Source of the DNA: Ruminococcus albus 7 = DSM 20455
Lineage (GTDB): Bacteria > Bacillota > Clostridia > Oscillospirales > Ruminococcaceae
NCBI RefSeq assembly: GCF_000179635.2
Contig: NC_014833.1
Location: 3,653,409 to 3,685,408, forward strand
Reading direction: 5' to 3'
Length of the DNA: 32,000 bases
Shown here: positions 8,840 to 16,122 of the stretch, one piece after another
Layout: each line of letters begins with the position of its first letter
Numbering within the stretch: position 1 is the stretch's first letter
Program-made: the position numbers and the translations under genes
Notes under the pieces: generated by a model
Databases searched by the model: none
Seen by the model: the letters and a program-made list of their open reading frames with translations, nothing else
Told to the model about the DNA's origin: nothing

Positions 8840-9024
8840 CAACTCACCCCCTCTCGTCTAACATCTTCAGCTTCCATGAAGTAGAAGTATCCATCATTGA
8901 GTCTGTTCAGCTCGTTGCAGTTTTCCTGAGCTTCTTTATCCGTACAGTATTTAGTCGATACGTGAAGATCTCTGCAAGTAGCCTTTTCACCAATCTGCTT
9001 GAAAAAATAGTGAACTGTTTTCAT
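8839..9024 (-). CDS. Small hypothetical protein, 61 aa
   Basis: The ATG at 9024 follows AAGGAG, which lies at the 3' end of the upstream 53-aa ORF. Confidence 0.6.
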   Translation of the reverse strand: MKTVHYFFKQIGEKATCRDLHVSTKYCTDKEAQENCNELNRLNDGYFYFMEAEDVRREGVS

Positions 9025-9028
9025 ATCC

Positions 9029-9190
9029 TCACTCCTTCAATATCTTCGCACTGAGTATCTTGATGTTGCCACTTCCGTAATGATCCTTAACGATCTGGAT
9101 CGCCTGCCGGCGGTCATTAACTCCGTACACTCTTGTTCTCTCATGGAAACAAAGTCCTTTGAACATAAATACTACAATGTAATCTTTCAT
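9029..9190 (-). CDS. Small hypothetical protein, 53 aa (below the ORF-track cutoff)
   Basis: Hand translation from the ATG at 9190 (RBS AAAGAGGTG) gives MKDYIVVFMFKGLCFHERTRVYGVNDRRQAIQIVKDHYGSGNIKILSAKILKE, with the stop at 9029-9031. It is the first gene of the operon. Confidence 0.55.
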   Translation of the reverse strand: MKDYIVVFMFKGLCFHERTRVYGVNDRRQAIQIVKDHYGSGNIKILSAKILKE

Positions 9191-9244
9191 GTTAGCACCT
9201 CTTTCAATTTTTTAGGGGATTTCTTATTACATATATAGTATAAC

Positions 9245-9342
9245 ATATTGCTAGCAATATTTCAATTGACATTTTATCTGATTATTGCTAGCAATATTTG
9301 TATACTATTGATATTGCTAGCAATAAAGTATTGTGCTATAAT
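9245..9342. promoter_or_regulatory. Divergent control region with three copies of the palindromic operator TATTGCTAGCAATA, plus the + strand promoter
   Basis: Palindromes at 9245-9260 (16 bp), 9283-9296 and 9312-9325 (14 bp each). The promoter is TTGCTA (9315-9320, inside the third operator), 16 nt spacer, TGcTATAAT (9334-9342). Confidence 0.7.
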
Positions 9343-9361
9343 AATCATGGAGGTGATCTCA

Positions 9362-9571
9362 ATGTCTGAGAATAATGAAAAGAAAACCTACTACAAAAAA
9401 ACACAGAGTAAGTCGGTTGTAAAGTATATCTCAAATAACTACGATCAAATCTCGGTCCGCATACCCAAAGGCAGCCGTGAGCGTTACAAGGAATTTGCTG
9501 AAAAGTGCGGTACAAGCCTTAATTCACTTATAGTTGAATTATTGGAACGTGAAATGAACAATGAGGATTGA
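9362..9571 (+). CDS. RHH (Arc/MetJ/CopG-like) transcriptional regulator, 69 aa
   Basis: ATG at 9362 after GGAGGTG. The segment QISVRIPKGSRERYKEFAEKCGTSLNSLIVELLEREM shows the classical RHH strand-helix-helix pattern. Confidence 0.75.
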   Translation: MSENNEKKTYYKKTQSKSVVKYISNNYDQISVRIPKGSRERYKEFAEKCGTSLNSLIVELLEREMNNED

Positions 9572-9598
9572 TTTTTTTCTTTTCTCTAGGATACTATA

Positions 9599-9620
9599 AA
9601 GTGTGTCTATAGACACACTT
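9599..9620. repeat. Palindrome copy C (22-bp perfect palindrome)
   Basis: AAGTGTGTCTATAGACACACTT. It is preceded by the T/C-rich block TTTTTTTCTTTTCTC (9572-9586). Confidence 0.95.
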
Positions 9621-9623
9621 CGA

Positions 9624-9652
9624 TTGACATAATAACAAACAAATGATATAAT
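9624..9652 (+). promoter_or_regulatory. Consensus promoter of the HipA-like gene
   Basis: TTGACA (9624-9629), 17 nt spacer ending in TGA, TATAAT (9647-9652). It starts 4 nt after palindrome C. Confidence 0.6.
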
Positions 9653-9672
9653 GTTCTAAAGGCGGTGAGGTA

Positions 9673-10806
9673 ATGAACAGATACAATATAATGCACAAGG
9701 ACAAGCTAGTTGCACAGGCTGAAGACAGCAGAGTTACTGCGGTCTTTGATAAGGCTCTATGCCCAAACAGTATTTTTGTAGATGCCGACCTTGAGGTGTG
9801 GCTAAAAAGCAGGAGTATCGATACTCATCGTTCTAATTCCCGCAGGCTTTACAAATTTCTTCGCATGAAAACTGATGCGGATATTGATGAGATAATCAAT
9901 ATCGGTCACGGTATAACAATTACAGATAACTGGTGGATACAGCGTGAGGACGAGATGCTTGACTATTCGTCGCTAAAACAGTATAATGAAGAGCTTGCTG
10001 ATATTTCCTTATACGGTTTTTCCAACAAGTGTAAAGATAAATCAAAAGGATACACTCAGCTTGGTACGATCGGAAGCTATGAAAAAGCATGGCGTTTTTC
10101 AGACGATGCATGGTATATGTACAAGTTGGGCAGTAAAACAGAACTTATCTCGGAATACTATGCGCACTGCTTTCTGAAAAAGTTGAATGTGAATTGTGCC
10201 GAGTACAAGGTTGAAAGACGTGTACTTGAAACGGGTCTTGAACAGGAATGTATCATAACCAAAGATTTTACGCAGAATGCGCTTTTCGATTTTGAACCAT
10301 TCTTCAATTATTTCAACGATAACGAAGATCCTGATTTCATACTGACAAGACTTGCTCAGATGGAAAAGAATAATACCATGTCGGGGCTTGTAGAGGATTA
10401 TGTTAAGATGTGCTATTATGATGCGCTTCTTATGAACGTTGACAGACACAATCTTAACGCAGGATTTCTCAGGGACAGCGAAAACGGAGGTATACTGTGT
10501 CTTGCTCCATGCTTTGATTATAATCTTTCGCTTTCCGCTGCCGTATCACTGCATTTTAGTGAAGATAAATCGGACCTCATGAAGTATTTCACCGAGAACG
10601 ATAGGCTCATGGAAGTCATGGATCCTCTTATGCCCGGGAGAGAAGAAATAATTTCTGCGGTCGAAACAGCAGAGAAAAAGACGAAATTAGCCTTTCCTAA
10701 TGACAATTTCAAATATTCGCTGTTCAGCGATTATGTTATTTCGGCTTATGACTATTGCGGTAAAATGATATCAAAAGAAAATAAAAACACCTATTCAAGA
10801 CGCTGA
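9673..10806 (+). CDS. HipA-like serine/threonine kinase domain protein (toxin-like), 377 aa
   Basis: The C-terminal half carries LLMNVDRHNLNAGFL ... LAPCFDYNLSL. This matches the HipA-family catalytic (D.H..N) and Mg-binding (AP.[FY]D) motifs from memory. Confidence 0.65.
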   Translation: MNRYNIMHKDKLVAQAEDSRVTAVFDKALCPNSIFVDADLEVWLKSRSIDTHRSNSRRLYKFLRMKTDADIDEIINIGHGITITDNWWIQREDEMLDYSSLKQYNEELADISLYGFSNKCKDKSKGYTQLGTIGSYEKAWRFSDDAWYMYKLGSKTELISEYYAHCFLKKLNVNCAEYKVERRVLETGLEQECIITKDFTQNALFDFEPFFNYFNDNEDPDFILTRLAQMEKNNTMSGLVEDYVKMCYYDALLMNVDRHNLNAGFLRDSENGGILCLAPCFDYNLSLSAAVSLHFSEDKSDLMKYFTENDRLMEVMDPLMPGREEIISAVETAEKKTKLAFPNDNFKYSLFSDYVISAYDYCGKMISKENKNTYSRR

Positions 10807-10825
10807 GCCTGAATAGGTGTTTTTT
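10783..10825 (+). terminator. Intrinsic terminator overlapping the 3' end of the HipA-like gene
   Basis: ACACCTATTCA (10787-10797), loop containing the TGA stop (10804-10806), TGAATAGGTGT (10810-10820), then TTTTT. Confidence 0.75.
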
Positions 10826-10844
10826 CTTTTCTCGCAGATAGTTC

Positions 10845-10868
10845 AAAGTGTGTCTATAGACACACTTT
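10845..10868. repeat. Palindrome copy D (24-bp perfect palindrome)
   Basis: AAAGTGTGTCTATAGACACACTTT. It is preceded by TTTTTCTTTTCTC (10821-10833) plus 11 nt. Confidence 0.95.
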
Positions 10869-10901
10869 AGAAAATGGGCTATTGTTTACAACTCAATATC
10901 T

Positions 10902-11273
10902 TCATCTACTTTTTTCTTGTTCTTTTAAATATCTCTTAATTGCGCTATCGACGAATGCTATAATAGCAGCATTCAAGTCTTCTGGGGTCTTTTCCAACTC
11001 TATATCTTCCGGGGTCGTAGGCTTTTTTCTATTTTCATACCAATAGCAGAACAAAGCTATTACACCGTTAATTTGTACATCAGAATAGTTTTCAAATTCC
11101 TTCTCAACATAAGATATTAAATCGTCAGTATCCTTGATTTTTTCTTGAGCAAAAGCATTGATATCTTCATTATTATCAATGATAATGTTATTTTCTTTTA
11201 AAAAATCCTGAAAATCATCGGGATTAATAGATGAAAAGTTCTTAGCAAAATTGTCAAATATACAATAATTCAT
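10902..11273 (-). CDS. Acidic hypothetical protein, 123 aa
   Basis: Own consensus promoter on the minus strand: TTGACA (plus-strand coordinates 11331-11336), 17 nt spacer, TATAAT (11308-11313). RBS AAGAGGTG. About 26 Asp+Glu versus about 14 Lys+Arg by hand count. Confidence 0.65.
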   Translation of the reverse strand: MNYCIFDNFAKNFSSINPDDFQDFLKENNIIIDNNEDINAFAQEKIKDTDDLISYVEKEFENYSDVQINGVIALFCYWYENRKKPTTPEDIELEKTPEDLNAAIIAFVDSAIKRYLKEQEKSR

Positions 11274-11357
11274 ATGGACACCTCTTATCTACAAATTAAT
11301 ATGATTAATTATATCAAAAACACACCATATTGTCAAGTCATATAAGAGTGTACTATC

Positions 11358-14144
11358 TTACTTCCCTTCCGTCAACTTCTGATACATCTTCATCAGCTCC
11401 GCCACACACTCACTCTCAGTCATGGTCTTGTAGTCAAAGCCGTATGCCTGCATCACAGCCTTATCGTTGAGTTGGTGAGCCTTTCGCAGTTCGGGTGGCA
11501 TAGTTGTTTCATCGTAGAGATCGGCAAGGGAGCAGTCGGGATATTTGGCTCTTGCATCGAGTATCATCTGTGCTGTTTTTTCTATGGTTGCTTTCTGTTT
11601 TTCATCGGGACTGCACCATGGGAAGTTATTGTAAACAATGTTTATTGAATAACTGTAATCACTTTTTAGTCTACCAGTTACAGCTCTCATCCAAGCCATG
11701 TGGACATTTGATGTCAACACTCCAAATTGATATTTGTTTGCGTCGGGAATCATAAATAGCTTGTCTCCCGCAATTATATCAGATCCTAAATATCCCATAG
11801 GGATATAACGCCTGTTTTCAGATGATACCTTTGGAAGGGCTATAAATGTTTTGGGATTCATAGTTTCCCTAAATAAAGTCGGAGTTGCTGCAAGTTTCTG
11901 TCGTCCTTTATCTGGGCTTTTTTCTCTTGCTTCTTTACAACATTGTACCCTTTTCTTTACGATAGGCATTTTATTCAATTCAGCAGGAGAAGCACCAACA
12001 AGCCAAAGGCAATATCTTGGTACGTTGTTAATAAACTCGTATCCCATCATAAATCGCTTTATATATTTTGACGATAATGGCTCTTTATTTATAAGCTCAT
12101 CAGCTTCATCTGGAGAAAGAATTAAATACCCTCCATCAGTTGGTCTATTGCCGGATAGCATTTTTGGAATATTACAAATGGCTTTAGTTCTACTTTCAAT
12201 AAAAACATCATTTGCAGCAACAAGATAAGCATTGATATTCTTTACTATTTGTTCAACACCATTATCAAATAGTCTCCTATCCACTTTGTTTTCCGCAATA
12301 CTAAATCCCACAATAACACAATGAACTTTGGCTTTCAGACTTGCTTCACTGTCCCAGCGGAAAGTTCGGTGTGCAAAGTCAATATGTATTCCGAAACGGT
12401 CATACAGTGGTTTCCACACACCTGCGACCTGTTCGCCCTGCGTTATACTGTTGGTAGAAACAAAAGCGGTTCTGATATTGGTGCCGACCATAAGCTGTGA
12501 AGCCTTGAAATACCATGCAGCAACATAATCTATCTTACCGGCGGTCTTGTACGGATTTCCCTTATCGTCAACATAAATGCACAGTATATCATTTTTCTGA
12601 CTTTTCGATTGCAGAGAATAACCAACAAATGGCGGATTGCCCATAATGTAAGACAGCTTGTCCTTTGGAACGACACTCTCCCAGTCGATGCGGAGAGAAT
12701 TGCCCTCGGTGATATTTGCATAGCTTTTCAACGGCAAAAAATCAAGGGTATACTGTATGATCTCCTCGGTTTCGTGCATCATCTGCGCTTCGGCTATCCA
12801 GAGGGCTGTTTTGGCAACAGTCACAGCAAAGTCGTTTATCTCAATGCCGTAAAATTGCCCGATACCGACCTTAATAGGGTTAAAGTCACCCTCGCCGCCT
12901 ATGAGCATCTGACCGCCGTGTATTACTTGCAGCGCTTCATTCTCCAATCGGCGCAGACTTATGTATGTTTCCGTAAGGAAGTTACCTGAACCGCAGGCAG
13001 GATCGAGGAACGTGAGTGAAGCTAGCTTATCTCTGAACTGCTCCAATTTCGCTTTTCTTGTTTTATCGACCTTAGTTTCGCATATCGTATTGAATTCTGC
13101 TTTCAGCTCATCGAGGAAAAGAGGGTCAATGACCTTGTGGATATTCTCGATAGAGGTATAGTGCATACCGCCTGAACGTCTTGTTTCGGGGTTCAGAGTG
13201 CTTTCAAATACTGCGCCGAAGATCGTCGGGCTGATCTCCGACCAGTCAAATCCTGCGCTTGCATTGTTCACAAGCAGATCCACGATTTCATCTGTAAAAC
13301 GCGGAATTTCGATGTTTTCATCGGCAAACAAGCCACCGTTCACATAAGGGAACGCAGCAAGGTCATCGTCCATATAGGGGTCACGATCTTCGGGTTTGGT
13401 GTCAAGAACCGTGAACAGCTCGATAAGTGCCTTGCGGATATCTTTTGCTTGAAACTGTTTCAGATACCGCCCGAACATTTCATGCTTGCCGAAAATGCCT
13501 GCATCTTCCGCATACAGGCAGAATACAAGCCTTACGCACAGCATATTTAGGCTTTTCAGCGTATCAGGACTATCAGGCTCCTTGTACTGTTTCAGGATAG
13601 CATCATACAGCTTACCAACAAGCTCACCTGCCTTCAAGGAAATTTCCATTTCCTTTTTCAGCATTTCGCTACCTGTTTCCACAAGGAATTGCAGACGGTA
13701 GTAGTCCTTTGCAAGGTCTTTCAAGAATATCTGCTCAGGCTCACCGTTGGGCTTTTCCATGTCGTAGACAAGGAATTCCTCGAAGTTGCAAGTCACTATC
13801 CATCGAGGGTGCTGCGATAACGGCAGCTCCGTCACATAACGCTTCGCTTGCTGGAACGGATTGAGCAAACTTCCGTCCGATTGCTTAATAGCCTTGCGTA
13901 AGTCTTTGCCGATAGACTTCTGTTCTATCATAACACGTGTGGACTTTATATAACCGTCAATAAATGATGTGTGATCCAGATGCACCTGATCTTCAAAAGT
14001 AATAAAGCCCATAGCATTTTCTATACCGTAAACGTGTTCAAGCAAGTCAGTCCAGAACTGCTGTGACTGTCCTTTTTCATAGCCTTTACCCTTCCAACGC
14101 TCGGCAAACTCCTTCGCTGCCTTTTTCTGTTCTTTTTCAGTCAT
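11358..14144 (-). CDS. MmeI-family Type IIL/IIG restriction-modification enzyme (fused nuclease, N6-adenine methyltransferase and specificity domain), 928 aa
   Basis: Start moved to the ATG at 14144 (MTEKEQKK). N-terminal PD-(D/E)xK-like FIDGYIKSTRVMIEQKS, AdoMet motif FLDPACGSGNFL, catalytic motif GNPPFVGY. Size and domain order match MmeI-like enzymes. Confidence 0.85.
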   Translation of the reverse strand: MTEKEQKKAAKEFAERWKGKGYEKGQSQQFWTDLLEHVYGIENAMGFITFEDQVHLDHTSFIDGYIKSTRVMIEQKSIGKDLRKAIKQSDGSLLNPFQQAKRYVTELPLSQHPRWIVTCNFEEFLVYDMEKPNGEPEQIFLKDLAKDYYRLQFLVETGSEMLKKEMEISLKAGELVGKLYDAILKQYKEPDSPDTLKSLNMLCVRLVFCLYAEDAGIFGKHEMFGRYLKQFQAKDIRKALIELFTVLDTKPEDRDPYMDDDLAAFPYVNGGLFADENIEIPRFTDEIVDLLVNNASAGFDWSEISPTIFGAVFESTLNPETRRSGGMHYTSIENIHKVIDPLFLDELKAEFNTICETKVDKTRKAKLEQFRDKLASLTFLDPACGSGNFLTETYISLRRLENEALQVIHGGQMLIGGEGDFNPIKVGIGQFYGIEINDFAVTVAKTALWIAEAQMMHETEEIIQYTLDFLPLKSYANITEGNSLRIDWESVVPKDKLSYIMGNPPFVGYSLQSKSQKNDILCIYVDDKGNPYKTAGKIDYVAAWYFKASQLMVGTNIRTAFVSTNSITQGEQVAGVWKPLYDRFGIHIDFAHRTFRWDSEASLKAKVHCVIVGFSIAENKVDRRLFDNGVEQIVKNINAYLVAANDVFIESRTKAICNIPKMLSGNRPTDGGYLILSPDEADELINKEPLSSKYIKRFMMGYEFINNVPRYCLWLVGASPAELNKMPIVKKRVQCCKEAREKSPDKGRQKLAATPTLFRETMNPKTFIALPKVSSENRRYIPMGYLGSDIIAGDKLFMIPDANKYQFGVLTSNVHMAWMRAVTGRLKSDYSYSINIVYNNFPWCSPDEKQKATIEKTAQMILDARAKYPDCSLADLYDETTMPPELRKAHQLNDKAVMQAYGFDYKTMTESECVAELMKMYQKLTEGK

Positions 14145-14248
14145 AGTAATACCCCCATGAATGGAATGATTATCACCATACATTATATCATATTTTCTTG
14201 AATGGTTCAACTGAAATTACATAATTTTGATATTTTTATAAAAGGCAC

Positions 14249-14277
14249 TTGACAAATAAGCTAAAATCTATTATAAT
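14249..14277 (+). promoter_or_regulatory. Consensus promoter for 14340..16010
   Basis: TTGACA (14249-14254), 17 nt spacer, TATAAT (14272-14277). The upstream context AAAAGGCACTTGACAAATAA closely resembles the promoter at 17300. Confidence 0.6.
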
Positions 14278-14339
14278 ATAGGAAATTGCTAGATACTTTT
14301 ATCGAAACGCTTAATGATTCAATCGAAAGGAGAAAATCA

Positions 14340-15419
14340 ATGAAACAAGTAAAAATACAAAAAAACATCAACCTACGTGACCAAAAAACAAAAAACTTAA
14401 TTGAAAAGCGTAGTGCTGATTTGGCACAAGAATTAAATCAATCGACATCATTCGTGATAGAAAAAGCTTTACTCGAAGGGTTATTTCCCAAAAATAAGGA
14501 AGCATGGGATTTGACAACAAATTTTCTTTACAGTGATGAACCCAATAGCGTAAAAGATACGCTTTATGCTGTCTTTCAAAAAAATACAACAGGAATCCGA
14601 AACTCAGTACATGATAATTTATTGCCGATAGTAATGTTTTGTTTAAAACACTATAAGGGTCCTTCTAGTTTTTCATTTAAAAATCAGGAACTATATCATC
14701 TTATTGATCAGCTAAACTTAATAATTAAAAGAGTAGAAAATTGTGTTTCCGGAACAATTGATACAAAGGAAAGAGCATTTTTATATGACAGAGCAATTAA
14801 TGCAGCGGATTTGATTAAAAGACTCAAAGAAAGTCCGGAAAAGATTAACCCATATTATATTTTTGAACTAATAGCCGACTTTTTTGCGATGCTTGATGAT
14901 TTTCTTTATGCTTTCACAGCATTATGCGATTTAACTACGATTTGTCAATTTGAGGAAAATGTAAACACGAGGATTGAGCTATTTAATATAATATGTGAAC
15001 TTTCAACTGATTGGGATTCAGAGCCTGAAAAAGAAGATAACAAAATGAGCATATATCCTGAGCTTTACTTATTAAATCGAGTTAAATTTAAAGTTATTGA
15101 GGATGAGCGTTTTCCTACTGATTCTCTTGGCGTTTATGCCAATGATGCTTGTGTTGGATATATAACTCCTGTAATGGATCAATTACTCTGGAAAAAAAGT
15201 TTTGACATAGATAATCCTCGATACCAATTCAAGGATGAAGACATATTTGCATCAGTAGTGGCAGAGTTAAAGAAATATAAAAACGATCATGGATACAAAT
15301 ACTTAGTAATAGATAGTTTGTGCGAAGGATATGCAAGTATACTTGACCACGCATTGATTAGTCGAGTAGGATTTAAACAATTACCGGATAATCATCCATC
15401 ACTCTATTATTTAGAGTAG
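14340..15419 (+). CDS. Hypothetical protein, 359 aa, with an RHH-like N-terminus and a possible GNAT-like C-terminal region (weak)
   Basis: ATG at 14340 after AAAGGAG. The N-terminus KQVKIQKNINLRDQKTKNLIEKRSADLAQELNQSTSFVIEKALLEG has an RHH-like pattern. The C-terminus ...GVYANDACVGYITPV...VVAELKKYKNDHGYKYLVIDSLCEGYASILDHALISRVGF loosely resembles an acetyltransferase fold. Confidence 0.5.
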   Translation: MKQVKIQKNINLRDQKTKNLIEKRSADLAQELNQSTSFVIEKALLEGLFPKNKEAWDLTTNFLYSDEPNSVKDTLYAVFQKNTTGIRNSVHDNLLPIVMFCLKHYKGPSSFSFKNQELYHLIDQLNLIIKRVENCVSGTIDTKERAFLYDRAINAADLIKRLKESPEKINPYYIFELIADFFAMLDDFLYAFTALCDLTTICQFEENVNTRIELFNIICELSTDWDSEPEKEDNKMSIYPELYLLNRVKFKVIEDERFPTDSLGVYANDACVGYITPVMDQLLWKKSFDIDNPRYQFKDEDIFASVVAELKKYKNDHGYKYLVIDSLCEGYASILDHALISRVGFKQLPDNHPSLYYLE

Positions 15420-15437
15420 GATAAGGAGGATATAAAA

Positions 15438-16010
15438 GTGAGAATATCAGATTTACATTTTTCAGATGAAACAGAGTTATCATATTCGGCAATAACTCCG
15501 TATTTATTTAAAAAGGAAAATGAAAACGGAGCAGCTGAATATAATGAATTAGTGAAAGCACTTATCAAAAATGCTGCTGACACAGATGATTTTGTAGCTA
15601 GTTATCTTGATGAAGCAACTGCTGTAAAACATAATTATTACAAGTCCGAATGTTACCAGATCATGCTAAAAATATATGACAACAATAAAGCTAAAGAATA
15701 CTGCCGTAAAATGCTCGGAAGAAAATCGAGAACTACAATATCTGATGCAGAATCACTAAAAATTGGAAATGAAAACTCTGTGATGTATATTCCTTCTTTA
15801 GGCACAAGCACATATACACGTTATGCAATATTAGAAAAAAATGAATTTTACGCCGATAACATTATGACTCATATGTTATCATTTGAAGGTACCAAGTTTA
15901 ATATCTATCTGCAAGACAAAGGAGAAGAAAATAAAATTGACAAAGTATTGGATAACGGCAAATATAGTGTATATTCATTCGATGGGATAATGGCACTAGT
16001 AAAAGAATAA
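15438..16010 (+). CDS. Hypothetical protein, 190 aa (GTG start)
   Basis: The GTG at 15438 lies 8 nt after the strong RBS AAGGAGG and 19 nt after the preceding stop, so it is probably co-transcribed. Confidence 0.6.
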   Translation: MRISDLHFSDETELSYSAITPYLFKKENENGAAEYNELVKALIKNAADTDDFVASYLDEATAVKHNYYKSECYQIMLKIYDNNKAKEYCRKMLGRKSRTTISDAESLKIGNENSVMYIPSLGTSTYTRYAILEKNEFYADNIMTHMLSFEGTKFNIYLQDKGEENKIDKVLDNGKYSVYSFDGIMALVKE

Positions 16011-16024
16011 AAAAGCATCAAAAA

Positions 16025-16064
16025 AGCACTCATTCAAAATTTAATCATGAAAGAGTGCTTTTTT
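16025..16064 (+). terminator. Intrinsic terminator
   Basis: AGCACTCATTCA (16025-16036), loop, TGAAAGAGTGCT (16048-16059, one mismatch), then a T-run. Confidence 0.7.
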
Positions 16065-16122
16065 AAGAAATCATTCGTACTGTAAATTCACATAAAATAC
16101 GATTCTTTTTCTCCTGGACAAT

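Noticed and set aside
8354-8861. ORFs 8354..8695 and 8664..8861 (+)
   Set aside because: The first starts inside palindrome copy B and runs through the terminator hairpin. Both are antisense to the well-coupled minus-strand small-gene operon.
11504-13701. Six + strand ORFs (66-126 aa) and the minus-strand ORF 12530..12721 inside 11358..14144
   Set aside because: They are antisense or out-of-frame shadows within the MmeI-like gene, which is continuous and motif-bearing over 928 codons.
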